This document shows, piece after piece, positions 37,270-46,361 of a stretch of DNA of 64,000 nucleotides. The DNA is from Candidatus Nomurabacteria bacterium RIFCSPLOWO2_01_FULL_42_17 (GTDB taxonomy: Bacteria; Patescibacteriota; Minisyncoccia; Phycocordibacterales; UBA9973). A program made the position numbers and the translations under genes. The first letter of the stretch is position 1, and each line of letters starts with the position of its first letter. Below the pieces are notes generated by a model. It saw only the letters and a list, made by a program, of their open reading frames with translations. It was not told where the DNA came from and did not search any database. The stretch is taken from the NCBI GenBank assembly GCA_001785985.1, contig MFVE01000002.1:28600-92599 (forward strand), given 5' to 3'.

Positions 37270-37458
37270 ATGCAGGACTGGAAAGAGTATCAATACACCG
37301 GTCAATTTAGCGCCAAAAGTGGTGACATAAGATATCGTCCAATGATATCGGCTACTATCACTGCTAATAATAAATCAGACAATTGTTTCTCTTTAATTGA
37401 TTCAGGTACTGATGATACCCTTAACCATGCAAAAAATAACTCCACATTTTTGGTTTGA
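37270..37458 (+). pseudogene. Truncated retropepsin-like aspartic protease (N-terminal half only)
   Basis: The segment RPMISATITANNKSDNCFSLIDSGTDDTL fits the clan AA D(S/T)G active-site context. The ORF stops after 62 aa and is overlapped by the next gene in another frame. Confidence 0.4.
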
Positions 37459-38308
37459 CAAAGAAGCCAGAGAAGCCACGGCTTTGTATGCATCTCTTTT
37501 TCCAGATTCAAAAATCACAAACACCACGACGATCACCGACACTCCTTCCGGAGATTGCGACATTGTCACCTTCCGTCTTGCTGGCCAAGATTTTATGGCC
37601 ATCAGCGCGGGTCCGTATTTCAAATTAAATCCTTCCATATCTATGTTTGTAGTTTTCGATAATGAAAAAGATATTGAAAAAGTTTGGAATAAATTAATCG
37701 AGGGAGGCAAAGCCTTGATGTCTTATGACACTTATCCTTGGGCGCAGAAATACGGCTGGTTGCAGGATAAGTATGGGCTTTCTTGGCAACTATCCTGGAG
37801 CGAGCATCATCAGATGGAGCAAAAAATCACCCCATTTCTAATGTTCACCAAAGAAATGGCTGGCAAGACCAAGGAAGCGATCGCCTATTATGCAAGCATC
37901 TTCCCAAACTCGAAAACAGAAATGCTTGTGCACTATGGGAAAGGCGAAGGCGATAAAGAAGAATTCATCAAACACTCCCGTTTTACGTTGGGTGGACAGA
38001 ATTTTATGGCAATGGATAGTTCTGGGCCACATGATTTCATTTTTAATGAAGCAATATCATTTGTCGTCAATTGCGATACTCAAAAAGAAATAGATTACTA
38101 CTGGGAAAAATTATCTGCGGTCCCGGAGTCGGAACAATGCGGCTGGTTGAAAGACAAATACGGCGTGTCCTGGCAGATCGTGCCAGCAGTTATGAATACA
38201 ATGATGACAAGCGGCAACAAAGAAAAAATCGCACGAGTAACTCAAGTATTTCTCAAAATGAAAAAATTCAATATTGAAGCTCTCGATCGAGCGTACAAGG
38301 GAGAATAA
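37430..38308 (+). CDS. Tandem-duplicated VOC-superfamily protein (3-demethylubiquinone-9 3-methyltransferase-like / PhnB-like domain x2)
   Basis: The pattern FWFDKEAREA...YGWLQDKYGLSWQL is repeated as FLMF...CGWLKDKYGVSWQI. The start was set at MQKITPHF. Confidence 0.65.
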   Translation, partial: QKITPHFWFDKEAREATALYASLFPDSKITNTTTITDTPSGDCDIVTFRLAGQDFMAISAGPYFKLNPSISMFVVFDNEKDIEKVWNKLIEGGKALMSYDTYPWAQKYGWLQDKYGLSWQLSWSEHHQMEQKITPFLMFTKEMAGKTKEAIAYYASIFPNSKTEMLVHYGKGEGDKEEFIKHSRFTLGGQNFMAMDSSGPHDFIFNEAISFVVNCDTQKEIDYYWEKLSAVPESEQCGWLKDKYGVSWQIVPAVMNTMMTSGNKEKIARVTQVFLKMKKFNIEALDRAYKGE

Positions 38309-38349
38309 AAGACCTTGAATAATAGGCGCATCTGTGTTAAAATAGCCAA

Positions 38350-40587
38350 GTGAGATACATTTTTACCATTATCGGTAGTGTTGTTTTAACCGTCACCCTG
38401 GTTGCATTTTTTTTTAATCTCCGGCAAGTCAACGAGGAGCGCGCAACACTGACGATCAACTTGGAGCAACGAGCAACCTTGCTCGCCGACAGCTTGAAAG
38501 AATCTGTGGAACCTTCCTATGTAAATTCTTCCGGAGCTTCCCTGCATACCGCTCTCCAAAGAACCGTGGACAAATTCGCCAACCGTGAGAGGTTGGCGGG
38601 CATTGCTCTGTACGACAACAAAGGAGCACTCCTAGCCACTTCCTCGGGTCTGCCAAAAACAATTATTGAAAACACCAAATCCGTTTCCGACGCGATGGAT
38701 AGTAATAAATCAAAGAGCGACTTTGTGGACGCCGACGGAGAGACGCGCTATGTCTTTGTCGACCCCTTGCACAACGATGAGGGAAGCATCCTGGGAGCTT
38801 TGATGATCGTCCAAAATGCCGGATATATAAATAATACTATTGCTGAAATGTGGCGAGGCAGCCTGATACGACTAGTCACGCAAATCATAATCTTCTCCAT
38901 CACCATTTTTATAATCCTGCGATTTTTCGTTTTCCGGCAAGTTGTCCGCTTGGTCGAGTCTATCAAGCAAATCCGCATGGGCAAAAAGACTGAGATTTTC
39001 AAGGACACGGATAAATATTCTTTCTTTGCGCCGCTAGCCAAAGAGATCAACCAGATAACCAAAAGCTTATCCCAGGCACGTTCATCGGCCAGTGAAGAAG
39101 CGCGCATGAGGCTGGAAAAACTTGATACACCTTGGACAGCCGAACGTTTGAAAGAATTCATTAAGGCATATTTAAAAGGTAGAAAGATCTTTGTTGTTTC
39201 TAATCGTGAACCGTATATACACAATAAAATTAAAAATGAAATCAAATATCTTGTACCCGCGCACGGCATGGTCACAGCTGTTGAATCAGTCATGGAAGCA
39301 TGTGGAGGCTTATGGATTGCGCACGGCAGTGGAGACGCTGACAAGGAAACATCTGATAAAAATGGAAAAATTCAAGTTCCACCCGAAGAGCCTAAATATA
39401 CCTTGAAACGTATTTGGTTAACTCCTGAAGAAGTGCAAGGACACTATGTCGGTTTTTCCAACGAAGCTCTCTTCCCTCTTTGTTTGATGTCTCATACCCG
39501 CCCAGTATTTCGAAAAGAAGATTGGATGATATACAAACAAGTCAATGGCAAATTTGCGGAAAGTTTACTAAGAGAGATAAAAAATGTCTCCCAGCCGATT
39601 GTATTAGTGCAAGACCTCCATTTTGCGCTAGTGCCAAGTATAATCAAAAAAAATCGTCCTGATGCACAAGTAGGGCTCTTTTGGCATCATCCATGGCCTT
39701 CACCTGAACAATTTAGCATTTGTCCTTGGCGACATGAAATTATTAAAGGAATGTTGGGAGCAGACGTTATCGGTTTTCATATTCAACAACATTGCAACAA
39801 TTTTCTCGAAACAGTCGGACAAGAGTTGGAATCAATAATAGATTTCGAACGCTTTTCTGTAACTCACAATGGCCACACTACCATCATTCGTCCTTTTCCT
39901 ATATCAGTTGCACTAACAAATGATGTTTCTCCTAAAGAAGATAATAAAAATATTAAAACATTCAAATCATTCGGCATAAAAACAGAATTTCTAGGACTCG
40001 GTGTTGATCGACTTGATTACACGAAAGGTATCCTCGAGAGATTTAGGGGTATTGAATATTTTCTTGATACCTACCCAGAGTACATAGGAAGATTTTCTTT
40101 TTTACAGATTGCGGCACCGAGCCGAGAAGGCGCCCAAAAGTATAAAGAATACGCAGAAAGCGTTAAACTAGAGGTTGACCGTATAAATAAAAAGTTTGAG
40201 TTTGGAGATTGGAAACCAATTATATTTGAAAAAAAACACCACTCCCACGCAGAGCTTACACCTCTGTACCGTGAGACACATTTTTGCCTCATCACTTCAC
40301 TACATGACGGCATGAATTTAGTTTCAAAAGAGTTCATTGCGGCACGAAACGATGAACAAGGAGTACTAATACTGAGTGAACTTACAGGAGCGGCAAGAAG
40401 TTTAAAAGAGGCCATATTATTTAATCCCTATAATATTGCTGAAATTGGCGAAGCTATCAAGCGCGCTATCCAGATGCCTCCTTCTGAACAGCATGTGAGA
40501 ATGAAAACTTTACGCGGAAGGGTAAAAGACTACAATGTATACCGTTGGGCGGCAGAATTTATAAAAGAAGTTACTAATCTCGGCTAG
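38350..40587 (+). CDS. otsA: Trehalose-6-phosphate synthase (GT20) fused to an N-terminal two-TM extracytoplasmic sensor-like module
   Basis: The first roughly 210 residues contain two TM helices flanking a roughly 150-aa loop, followed by a HAMP-like helix. The GT20 core follows (VVSNREPY..., LFWHHPWPSPE, GVDRLDYTKGI). Confidence 0.85.
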   Translation: MRYIFTIIGSVVLTVTLVAFFFNLRQVNEERATLTINLEQRATLLADSLKESVEPSYVNSSGASLHTALQRTVDKFANRERLAGIALYDNKGALLATSSGLPKTIIENTKSVSDAMDSNKSKSDFVDADGETRYVFVDPLHNDEGSILGALMIVQNAGYINNTIAEMWRGSLIRLVTQIIIFSITIFIILRFFVFRQVVRLVESIKQIRMGKKTEIFKDTDKYSFFAPLAKEINQITKSLSQARSSASEEARMRLEKLDTPWTAERLKEFIKAYLKGRKIFVVSNREPYIHNKIKNEIKYLVPAHGMVTAVESVMEACGGLWIAHGSGDADKETSDKNGKIQVPPEEPKYTLKRIWLTPEEVQGHYVGFSNEALFPLCLMSHTRPVFRKEDWMIYKQVNGKFAESLLREIKNVSQPIVLVQDLHFALVPSIIKKNRPDAQVGLFWHHPWPSPEQFSICPWRHEIIKGMLGADVIGFHIQQHCNNFLETVGQELESIIDFERFSVTHNGHTTIIRPFPISVALTNDVSPKEDNKNIKTFKSFGIKTEFLGLGVDRLDYTKGILERFRGIEYFLDTYPEYIGRFSFLQIAAPSREGAQKYKEYAESVKLEVDRINKKFEFGDWKPIIFEKKHHSHAELTPLYRETHFCLITSLHDGMNLVSKEFIAARNDEQGVLILSELTGAARSLKEAILFNPYNIAEIGEAIKRAIQMPPSEQHVRMKTLRGRVKDYNVYRWAAEFIKEVTNLG

Positions 40588-40596
40588 AAATCAAAA

Positions 40597-41415
40597 ATGA
40601 AAATCGAGCATAGAATGGAGCAACCAATGAGAAATCTTTTTGAAAATATTACTGAAATAAAAAGTCAGATCGAGCAAGCTGGAGGGGCTACCCTGCTTCT
40701 AGACTTCGACGGCGTACTCTCGGCTATTGCGCCCACTCCAGATGAAGCATTCATTTCGGAAGAAAATAAAGCACTTCTAAAAGCGTGTGCCGAGCGTTTT
40801 CCAGTCGCTGTGATTACCGGTCGGGAACTTTCTGAGATAAAGAAAAAAATGAAAGTCGAAAATCTTTTATATATCGCTAGCCACGGCCTCGAATGGGAAG
40901 AAGATGGCAAGGACCATGCCAAAACCGTTCCGAAAGAAACAATGGAAGCTATTAATTTAGCAAAAGAAAAGATCAAACCCCTGCTCCCTCGCTATCCAGG
41001 AATGATTTTCGAGGATAAATCTTTCATGTTTGCGGCTCACTACCGGATAATGGACCCAGCGCTGATTGATGCTTTCGTAAAAGAAGTAAATTCTATTTTA
41101 GAACCAATTGTCAAACAATACAATCTCCGCCTGGATCATAATCTAATGACTTTTGAATTACGACCAGAAATTGATTGGGACAAGGGGGATAGCGTCAAAT
41201 TTGCCGAGGAGCATTTAAGTAAAAAAACTGGGAAAAAATTCATGCCTATATACATTGGAGATGGCCTGACTGACGAAGACGCTTTTGCGGTATTAAAAGA
41301 AAAAGGCATCTCCATTCGCGTAGGTGAAGATAGGAAAAGCGTCGCAAAGTGGTACATGAAAGATCAAAAAGAAGTGGCACTTTTCTTGAAGTGGTTATTG
41401 TCTTTAAAGCAATAG
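40597..41415 (+). CDS. otsB: Trehalose-6-phosphate phosphatase (HAD IIB)
   Basis: It has a LLLDFDGVLS motif I and a C-terminal GDGLTDEDAF motif. Confidence 0.8.
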   Translation: MKIEHRMEQPMRNLFENITEIKSQIEQAGGATLLLDFDGVLSAIAPTPDEAFISEENKALLKACAERFPVAVITGRELSEIKKKMKVENLLYIASHGLEWEEDGKDHAKTVPKETMEAINLAKEKIKPLLPRYPGMIFEDKSFMFAAHYRIMDPALIDAFVKEVNSILEPIVKQYNLRLDHNLMTFELRPEIDWDKGDSVKFAEEHLSKKTGKKFMPIYIGDGLTDEDAFAVLKEKGISIRVGEDRKSVAKWYMKDQKEVALFLKWLLSLKQ

Positions 41416-41416
41416 C

Positions 41417-43072
41417 TTATTTCTTTGCGTTTAAGGTACAAGCTTTGATGAAAGCAGTGAAAAGCGGATGCGGGCGGAGTGGATGGGCAAGAAATTCCGG
41501 ATGAAACTGGGTACCGAGGAAAAAAGGATGCTTATCTTTTGGAAGCTCTGCAATTTCCATCAGTCTTCTGTCTGGCGAGACGCCAGAAAAAACGAGACCG
41601 CCTTCGGTAAACTTTATATGGTATTGCGGATTCACTTCATAACGGTGCCTGTGACGCTCGATGACCTCCTGCACGCCATAAGCCTCTTGTGCGATAGAAC
41701 CTTTCCTTAAATGCGCTGGGTATACGCCGAGACGCATCGTCGCGCCGTAATTTTTGTTGGCAATCTTTTCTTTTTGTTCAGGCATGATGTCGATCACCAG
41801 ATTCTTGGCATTCGGATTGACTTCCGAAGTATTCGCATCTTTCATGCCTAAAACATTGCGCGCATATTCTATGACCATCATTTGCATACCGTAACAAAGC
41901 CCGAAATAAGGGATTTTATTCTCGCGCGCAAATCTAATGACTTTTAGATTGCCTTCCAGGCCGCGAGAACCGAAACCGCCCGGCACCACGATGCCATCAT
42001 ATTTTTTAAGTTCTTTTAGTTTGGCCCCTCCATTTTCATAGTCCACAGAATTCAACCACGAAATAATCGGCTTTTTATTTTGAGCATAACTCGAATATTT
42101 GATCGCCTCAATCACCGAGAGATAAGAATCAGACAACATGAAATCCCCTGTCTCAAAATACTTGCCAACCACGGCGATCTTGATCGTATCTTTGTTATTG
42201 TGAGCTTGTTTGGCAAAATTTTTCCATTTATTCCAAGACGCAGCATCTGGTTTTTTACAAACCATTCCCATAATCTCGCAAAGTTTGTCGGAAAGTTTTT
42301 CTGCTTCAAAATTCAGCGGTATATCATATATGCTATCCACATCCGGCGCGGAAATGATCCGGTCATGAAACATATTGCACAAAACAGAAAGCTTTTCTTT
42401 TCTTTTTTCATCCATTTTCGTCTCACCCCTCGCGAGAAGTATGTCCGGCTGGATACCCGAAGCATTCAGGGTGCGGATAGCATGCTGGGTCGGCTTGGTT
42501 TTCATCTCGCCCAGCTTGCCCGGCGTCGGCAGATAAGAAACCATCACAAAACTCACGTCTTTGGGAGCTTCGAGTTTCATCATTCTGGCCGCTTCGAGGA
42601 ATAAAATATTTTCATATTCCCCGACCGTGCCGCCGATTTCAATGATCACCACATCTGCTTTCGCGATGACTCCCGCTTTTTTAATTCTGCCTATGACCTC
42701 GAGCGGAATATCCGGCACGACTTGCACATTTTTGCCCTTGTATTCTAGATTGCGTTCTTTAGCGATGACAGTCTGATATACTCGCCCAGTCGTCATATAA
42801 TTTGCCCTGGTTAAATTTAAACCCATGAATCTCTCGTAATTTCCCATGTCTTGATCCGTCTCGTCTCCGTCAGAAAGCACAAAAACCTCTCCATGCTCCG
42901 TCGGATTCATCGTGCCAGCATCGATATTTATATAAGCGTCGATTTTTACCGCAGTCACATTCAGCCCGCGATTTTTTAGAATAAATCCAATCGAAGATGT
43001 AGTAATACCCTTCCCCACTCCGGAAATAACTCCCCCCACTACAAAAATATATTTTGTTTGTTTTTTCTCCAT
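41417..43072 (-). CDS. pyrG: CTP synthase
   Basis: It has a synthetase domain plus a GATase domain (GLCYGMQ) and is 551 aa. Confidence 0.95.
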   Translation of the reverse strand: MEKKQTKYIFVVGGVISGVGKGITTSSIGFILKNRGLNVTAVKIDAYINIDAGTMNPTEHGEVFVLSDGDETDQDMGNYERFMGLNLTRANYMTTGRVYQTVIAKERNLEYKGKNVQVVPDIPLEVIGRIKKAGVIAKADVVIIEIGGTVGEYENILFLEAARMMKLEAPKDVSFVMVSYLPTPGKLGEMKTKPTQHAIRTLNASGIQPDILLARGETKMDEKRKEKLSVLCNMFHDRIISAPDVDSIYDIPLNFEAEKLSDKLCEIMGMVCKKPDAASWNKWKNFAKQAHNNKDTIKIAVVGKYFETGDFMLSDSYLSVIEAIKYSSYAQNKKPIISWLNSVDYENGGAKLKELKKYDGIVVPGGFGSRGLEGNLKVIRFARENKIPYFGLCYGMQMMVIEYARNVLGMKDANTSEVNPNAKNLVIDIMPEQKEKIANKNYGATMRLGVYPAHLRKGSIAQEAYGVQEVIERHRHRYEVNPQYHIKFTEGGLVFSGVSPDRRLMEIAELPKDKHPFFLGTQFHPEFLAHPLRPHPLFTAFIKACTLNAKK

Positions 43073-43110
43073 ACTTTATGACTTTATGAACTTTCCACTT
43101 TATAACTACT
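43073..43110 (-). repeat. Dispersed AAGTT-ATAAAGTT motif, copy c, between the ftsX stop and the pyrG start
   Basis: The reverse complement is aagtagttataaagtggaaagttcataaagtcataaagt. It ends 1-2 nt before the pyrG ATG. Confidence 0.7.
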
Positions 43111-44023
43111 TATTTAAATATCTCCTCACCGCCAAGAAACTGGAAATCACCCCAAAGAGTATACCTGATAATAAAATTATTGCAAAAATTTGGAAGAAAT
43201 TTGAAAGATAATAATTGTACAAATTGAGACCCAGGAAAGCGGTCATATTACGCCCCAGCCAAGCCGTAACCGGCAGAAATAGCGCCAAGGTTACAAAGGT
43301 AGCGACAATACCATAAAGCGCGCCCTCGATCATAAAGGGCCCTCGCACATGCATTTTAGAAGCGCCTACCAGACGCATCACCCCGATCTCTTCCCTAGAG
43401 ATATAGATCGTCAGTCGAATAGTATTGAAGGTGATAATAATAGAAGAAATTATCAAATAGAGCGTCAGCAGAAATCCAAGTTTTTGCGCGCCAGATATTA
43501 TTGTTTTCAATCTTTCAATCACTAATTTATTGTCGTGATAATTTGAATGATTTATGATATCCGATGAACCCAAGACGAGCGCATTATCGGACTTTAAAAA
43601 ATTCGCAATGTTTTCATATTGAGAAATTTCTTTGGTTTTGATGTTCAAAGTGGCGCCGAGCGGATTTTCTCCTATTTCATCCAAGGCGGCAATCGTCGAA
43701 TAATCGCTCGCATGGCGTTCTCGGAAAAGTCTGATCGCTTCGTCCGCGCTAGTATAAGAAATATTCTCTACTTCTGGCAATTTCAAGAGGGATTCTTTTA
43801 AAGACAGGATCTGAACTTCAGGCGCACCGACATTAAAATAAATTGTAACATCCACCTTGTCTTTTATGACGCTGAGCGCAGAATAGAGCACTGCCTGCAA
43901 AAGAATGATGGTGACGATCACAGCTAGAGTATTCAAAACTTGCAAGACAGCCGCGAAAGAAACCAAACCGCCCCGTCTGAAGTTTATAAAACCTGCTTTG
44001 ATAATTCTTTTTAATTCAGTCAT
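43106..44023 (-). CDS. ftsX: Cell-division ABC transporter permease FtsX
   Basis: It has four TM helices with a large periplasmic loop and is adjacent to ftsE. Confidence 0.8.
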   Translation of the reverse strand: MTELKRIIKAGFINFRRGGLVSFAAVLQVLNTLAVIVTIILLQAVLYSALSVIKDKVDVTIYFNVGAPEVQILSLKESLLKLPEVENISYTSADEAIRLFRERHASDYSTIAALDEIGENPLGATLNIKTKEISQYENIANFLKSDNALVLGSSDIINHSNYHDNKLVIERLKTIISGAQKLGFLLTLYLIISSIIITFNTIRLTIYISREEIGVMRLVGASKMHVRGPFMIEGALYGIVATFVTLALFLPVTAWLGRNMTAFLGLNLYNYYLSNFFQIFAIILLSGILFGVISSFLAVRRYLNK

Positions 44024-44028
44024 GGCTA

Positions 44029-44066
44029 TAAGTTTATAAAGTTATAAAGTTGAAAGTTATAAAGTC
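44029..44066 (+). repeat. Dispersed AAGTT-ATAAAGTT motif, copy d
   Basis: The sequence is agtttataaagttataaagttgaaagttataaagtcaa. Confidence 0.7.
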
Positions 44067-44113
44067 AAATTATAATTCATTTGCTCCAGTAATTATAGCA
44101 TATAGTCACGCAT

Positions 44114-44152
44114 TTTACTTTACGAACTTTATGAACTTGATAACTTTCCACT
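44114..44152 (-). repeat. Dispersed AAGTT-ATAAAGTT motif, copy e, forming an inverted pair with copy d
   Basis: The reverse complement is gtggaaagttatcaagttcataaagttcgtaaagtaaaa. Confidence 0.7.
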
Positions 44153-44819
44153 ATTTATGGTGCTTTGTGTCCCTGATAACTTTTCCATTTTCCATTGTAA
44201 TAACTCTTTTGCCGATCGCATCAATGATGCCCCTGTTATGCGTAGCCAGAATCACGGTAGTTCCGAGGTCATTTATTTTTTTCAGGATTTGCACTATCTC
44301 GTGGGTATTTATGCTATCTAGATTGCCAGTCGGCTCGTCGGCAATGATGAGTTCGGGCTGATTGATGATAGCTCGCGCGATCGCCAGCCTTTGTTGTTCG
44401 CCGCCAGAGAGCTGGCTCGGAAAATGGTGCGAACGGTGGCTCAAATCCACCAGCTCCAGCACATGTGGAACATCTGAAGCTATCTCTAGATCCGTCTTGC
44501 CCAGCGCTTCCATCGCAAAAGATATATTTTCATAAGCAGTTTTATTTGAAAGCAATTTAAAGTCTTGGAAGACTACTCCGATGCGCCTGCGCAACTTGGT
44601 CAGATCTTTATTTTTAAGCGTATGCACATTGATAGATTCAAAAAAGACGGTGCCGTCGGAGGGATTTTCATCTGCCACGATCATTTTGGTCAAAGTCGTC
44701 TTGCCCGCGCCGGAATGCCCGACAATCGAGACAAATTCTCCCGCTGTGATAGTGACGCTGACGTTATCTAACGCCACCGCATCCTTATAAATTTTAGAAA
44801 CATTGTTGAAGTAGATCAC
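44151..44819 (-). CDS. ftsE: Cell-division ATP-binding protein FtsE
   Basis: Walker A (GHSGAGKTT), the ABC signature LSGGEQQR and Walker B are all present. Confidence 0.9.
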   Translation of the reverse strand: MIYFNNVSKIYKDAVALDNVSVTITAGEFVSIVGHSGAGKTTLTKMIVADENPSDGTVFFESINVHTLKNKDLTKLRRRIGVVFQDFKLLSNKTAYENISFAMEALGKTDLEIASDVPHVLELVDLSHRSHHFPSQLSGGEQQRLAIARAIINQPELIIADEPTGNLDSINTHEIVQILKKINDLGTTVILATHNRGIIDAIGKRVITMENGKVIRDTKHHK

Positions 44820-44846
44820 CTACCTATTTTAGCACGAAAATTATTT

Positions 44847-45185
44847 TTATCGAAACAAAGTGGAAATTTTAGCCAAAATCTCTTGCACTTCTAATTCACT
44901 AACTTTACCTGCTAACCTTTTCACTCTTTCTATAGTATCAAAGGATCGCACATGGTCACATAAAACAAAAGACTTTCCATCCGGTCCGTCTACAGGAACT
45001 TCAAATGGATGGTTTTTAGACTTAGTTGTCATAGGACAAACAAGAACTATATTAGAGAAAGAATTATACTGGAGTGGAGAAATTATAACAGCTGGGCGTA
45101 AACCTGACTGTTCATGTCCTTTTGTAGGGCTGAAGTCAATCCATGCTATATCGCCCCTCTCTAAAATCATGCGGCTTTTTACCAT
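44847..45185 (-). CDS. mazF: MazF/PemK-family endoribonuclease toxin
   Basis: The RGDIAWIDFSPTKGHEQSGLRPAVIIS pattern is present. Confidence 0.8.
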   Translation of the reverse strand: MVKSRMILERGDIAWIDFSPTKGHEQSGLRPAVIISPLQYNSFSNIVLVCPMTTKSKNHPFEVPVDGPDGKSFVLCDHVRSFDTIERVKRLAGKVSELEVQEILAKISTLFR

Positions 45186-45433
45186 ACTTCTTTTCCTCTC
45201 GGTTCATCATCTGGCCATATAAGTTTATGACGATTTTTAGGAGTAATGCCAGCAACAAGCTCCTCCAATGTATACTTTGGAACTTTTACTTTAATCTTAG
45301 GTCGAACTATAAAACCATCATTGCTCGTAGTAAAAGAAATTTGTGAACCCGCTTTCAAGTTGAAGCTGTCCGCTAATTCCTTAGGCAATCGCATTGCCAA
45401 ACTATTTCCCCACTTTTGTATTTTAGTTGTCAT
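45179..45433 (-). CDS. mazE: MazE / AbrB-type antitoxin
   Basis: IQKWGNSLAMRLPKEL matches a SpoVT/AbrB swapped-hairpin. It overlaps mazF by 7 nt. Confidence 0.75.
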   Translation of the reverse strand: MTTKIQKWGNSLAMRLPKELADSFNLKAGSQISFTTSNDGFIVRPKIKVKVPKYTLEELVAGITPKNRHKLIWPDDEPRGKEVW

Positions 45434-45476
45434 ACTTTAAGTATATACAATGTATCTACATTGTCAAGCGATTTAA

Positions 45477-46358
45477 CTACAAATTCTTCTCTGCCTCGAT
45501 AAACACGTCTAGCTCACCATCCAAGACAGCGTCCACATTTGAAGTTTCAGCGTCCGTCCGATGGTCTTTGACCATTTTATATGGATGAAGTACATAGGAA
45601 CGAATTTGATTCCCCCATTCTATTTCGGTATTTTTCAACTTCATACTCTCATCTACAGATTTTTTTTCTTCCTGCGCTTTTTTGAATATTTTTGCGCGCA
45701 AAATGGCCATAGCCTGTTGTCGATTTTGCTCTTGTGAGCGTTCCTTTGAAGCATGAACCGCAATACCGGAAGGAATATGAACAATGCGAACGGCTGTTTC
45801 TCTTTTATTTACATTCTGTCCCCCCGGTCCCCCGGCGCGAGAAAATTCTATTTTTAAATCGGTTTCCGGAATCATTATATCTTTCTCTTCCAGCTTGCTG
45901 AATTTCGGCAACACCTCAACTAATGCAAAGCTGGTATGGCGCTTTTGATTTGCGTTAAAGGGAGAAACGCGCACGAGACGGTGCACTCCGGATTCATTTT
46001 TTAAATTTCCGTATGCATTTTTGCCGGAAATTTCTAGAGTGATATTTCGATAACCTCCATGATCATTTTGATGCTCGTGAATAAAAGAAATTCCCCAGCC
46101 TTTTTTATCCGCGTATTTCAGATACATCGATAAAAGCATTCCGGAAAAATCTTCGGCATCGTCTCCGCCAGCACCGGAAATGATAGCCATAATCGCATTT
46201 CCCTTGTCATATTTTCCAAAACCTTCCAGTTTTCCTTTTAATTCTGATAGTTCTTTCAGGGTCGCCTGTGCTTTATTTTTATCACTCCAAAAATCTGGAC
46301 TCTGCATGAACGCTTCAAGTCTCTTGATCTCTTCATTTATTTGCTTGGTGTCTTCCAT
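45477..46358 (-). CDS. prfB: Peptide chain release factor 2 (short form; no programmed frameshift evident)
   Basis: The SPF tripeptide (VRVSPFN) and the GGQ motif are present. The single continuous ORF of 293 aa is shorter than the typical roughly 365 aa. Confidence 0.8.
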   Translation of the reverse strand: MEDTKQINEEIKRLEAFMQSPDFWSDKNKAQATLKELSELKGKLEGFGKYDKGNAIMAIISGAGGDDAEDFSGMLLSMYLKYADKKGWGISFIHEHQNDHGGYRNITLEISGKNAYGNLKNESGVHRLVRVSPFNANQKRHTSFALVEVLPKFSKLEEKDIMIPETDLKIEFSRAGGPGGQNVNKRETAVRIVHIPSGIAVHASKERSQEQNRQQAMAILRAKIFKKAQEEKKSVDESMKLKNTEIEWGNQIRSYVLHPYKMVKDHRTDAETSNVDAVLDGELDVFIEAEKNL

Positions 46359-46361
46359 GAT

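Noticed and set aside
44050-44361. A 103-aa plus-strand ORF
   Set aside because: It overlaps ftsE on the opposite strand and the repeat copies d and e. It is hydrophobic low-complexity sequence, likely spurious.
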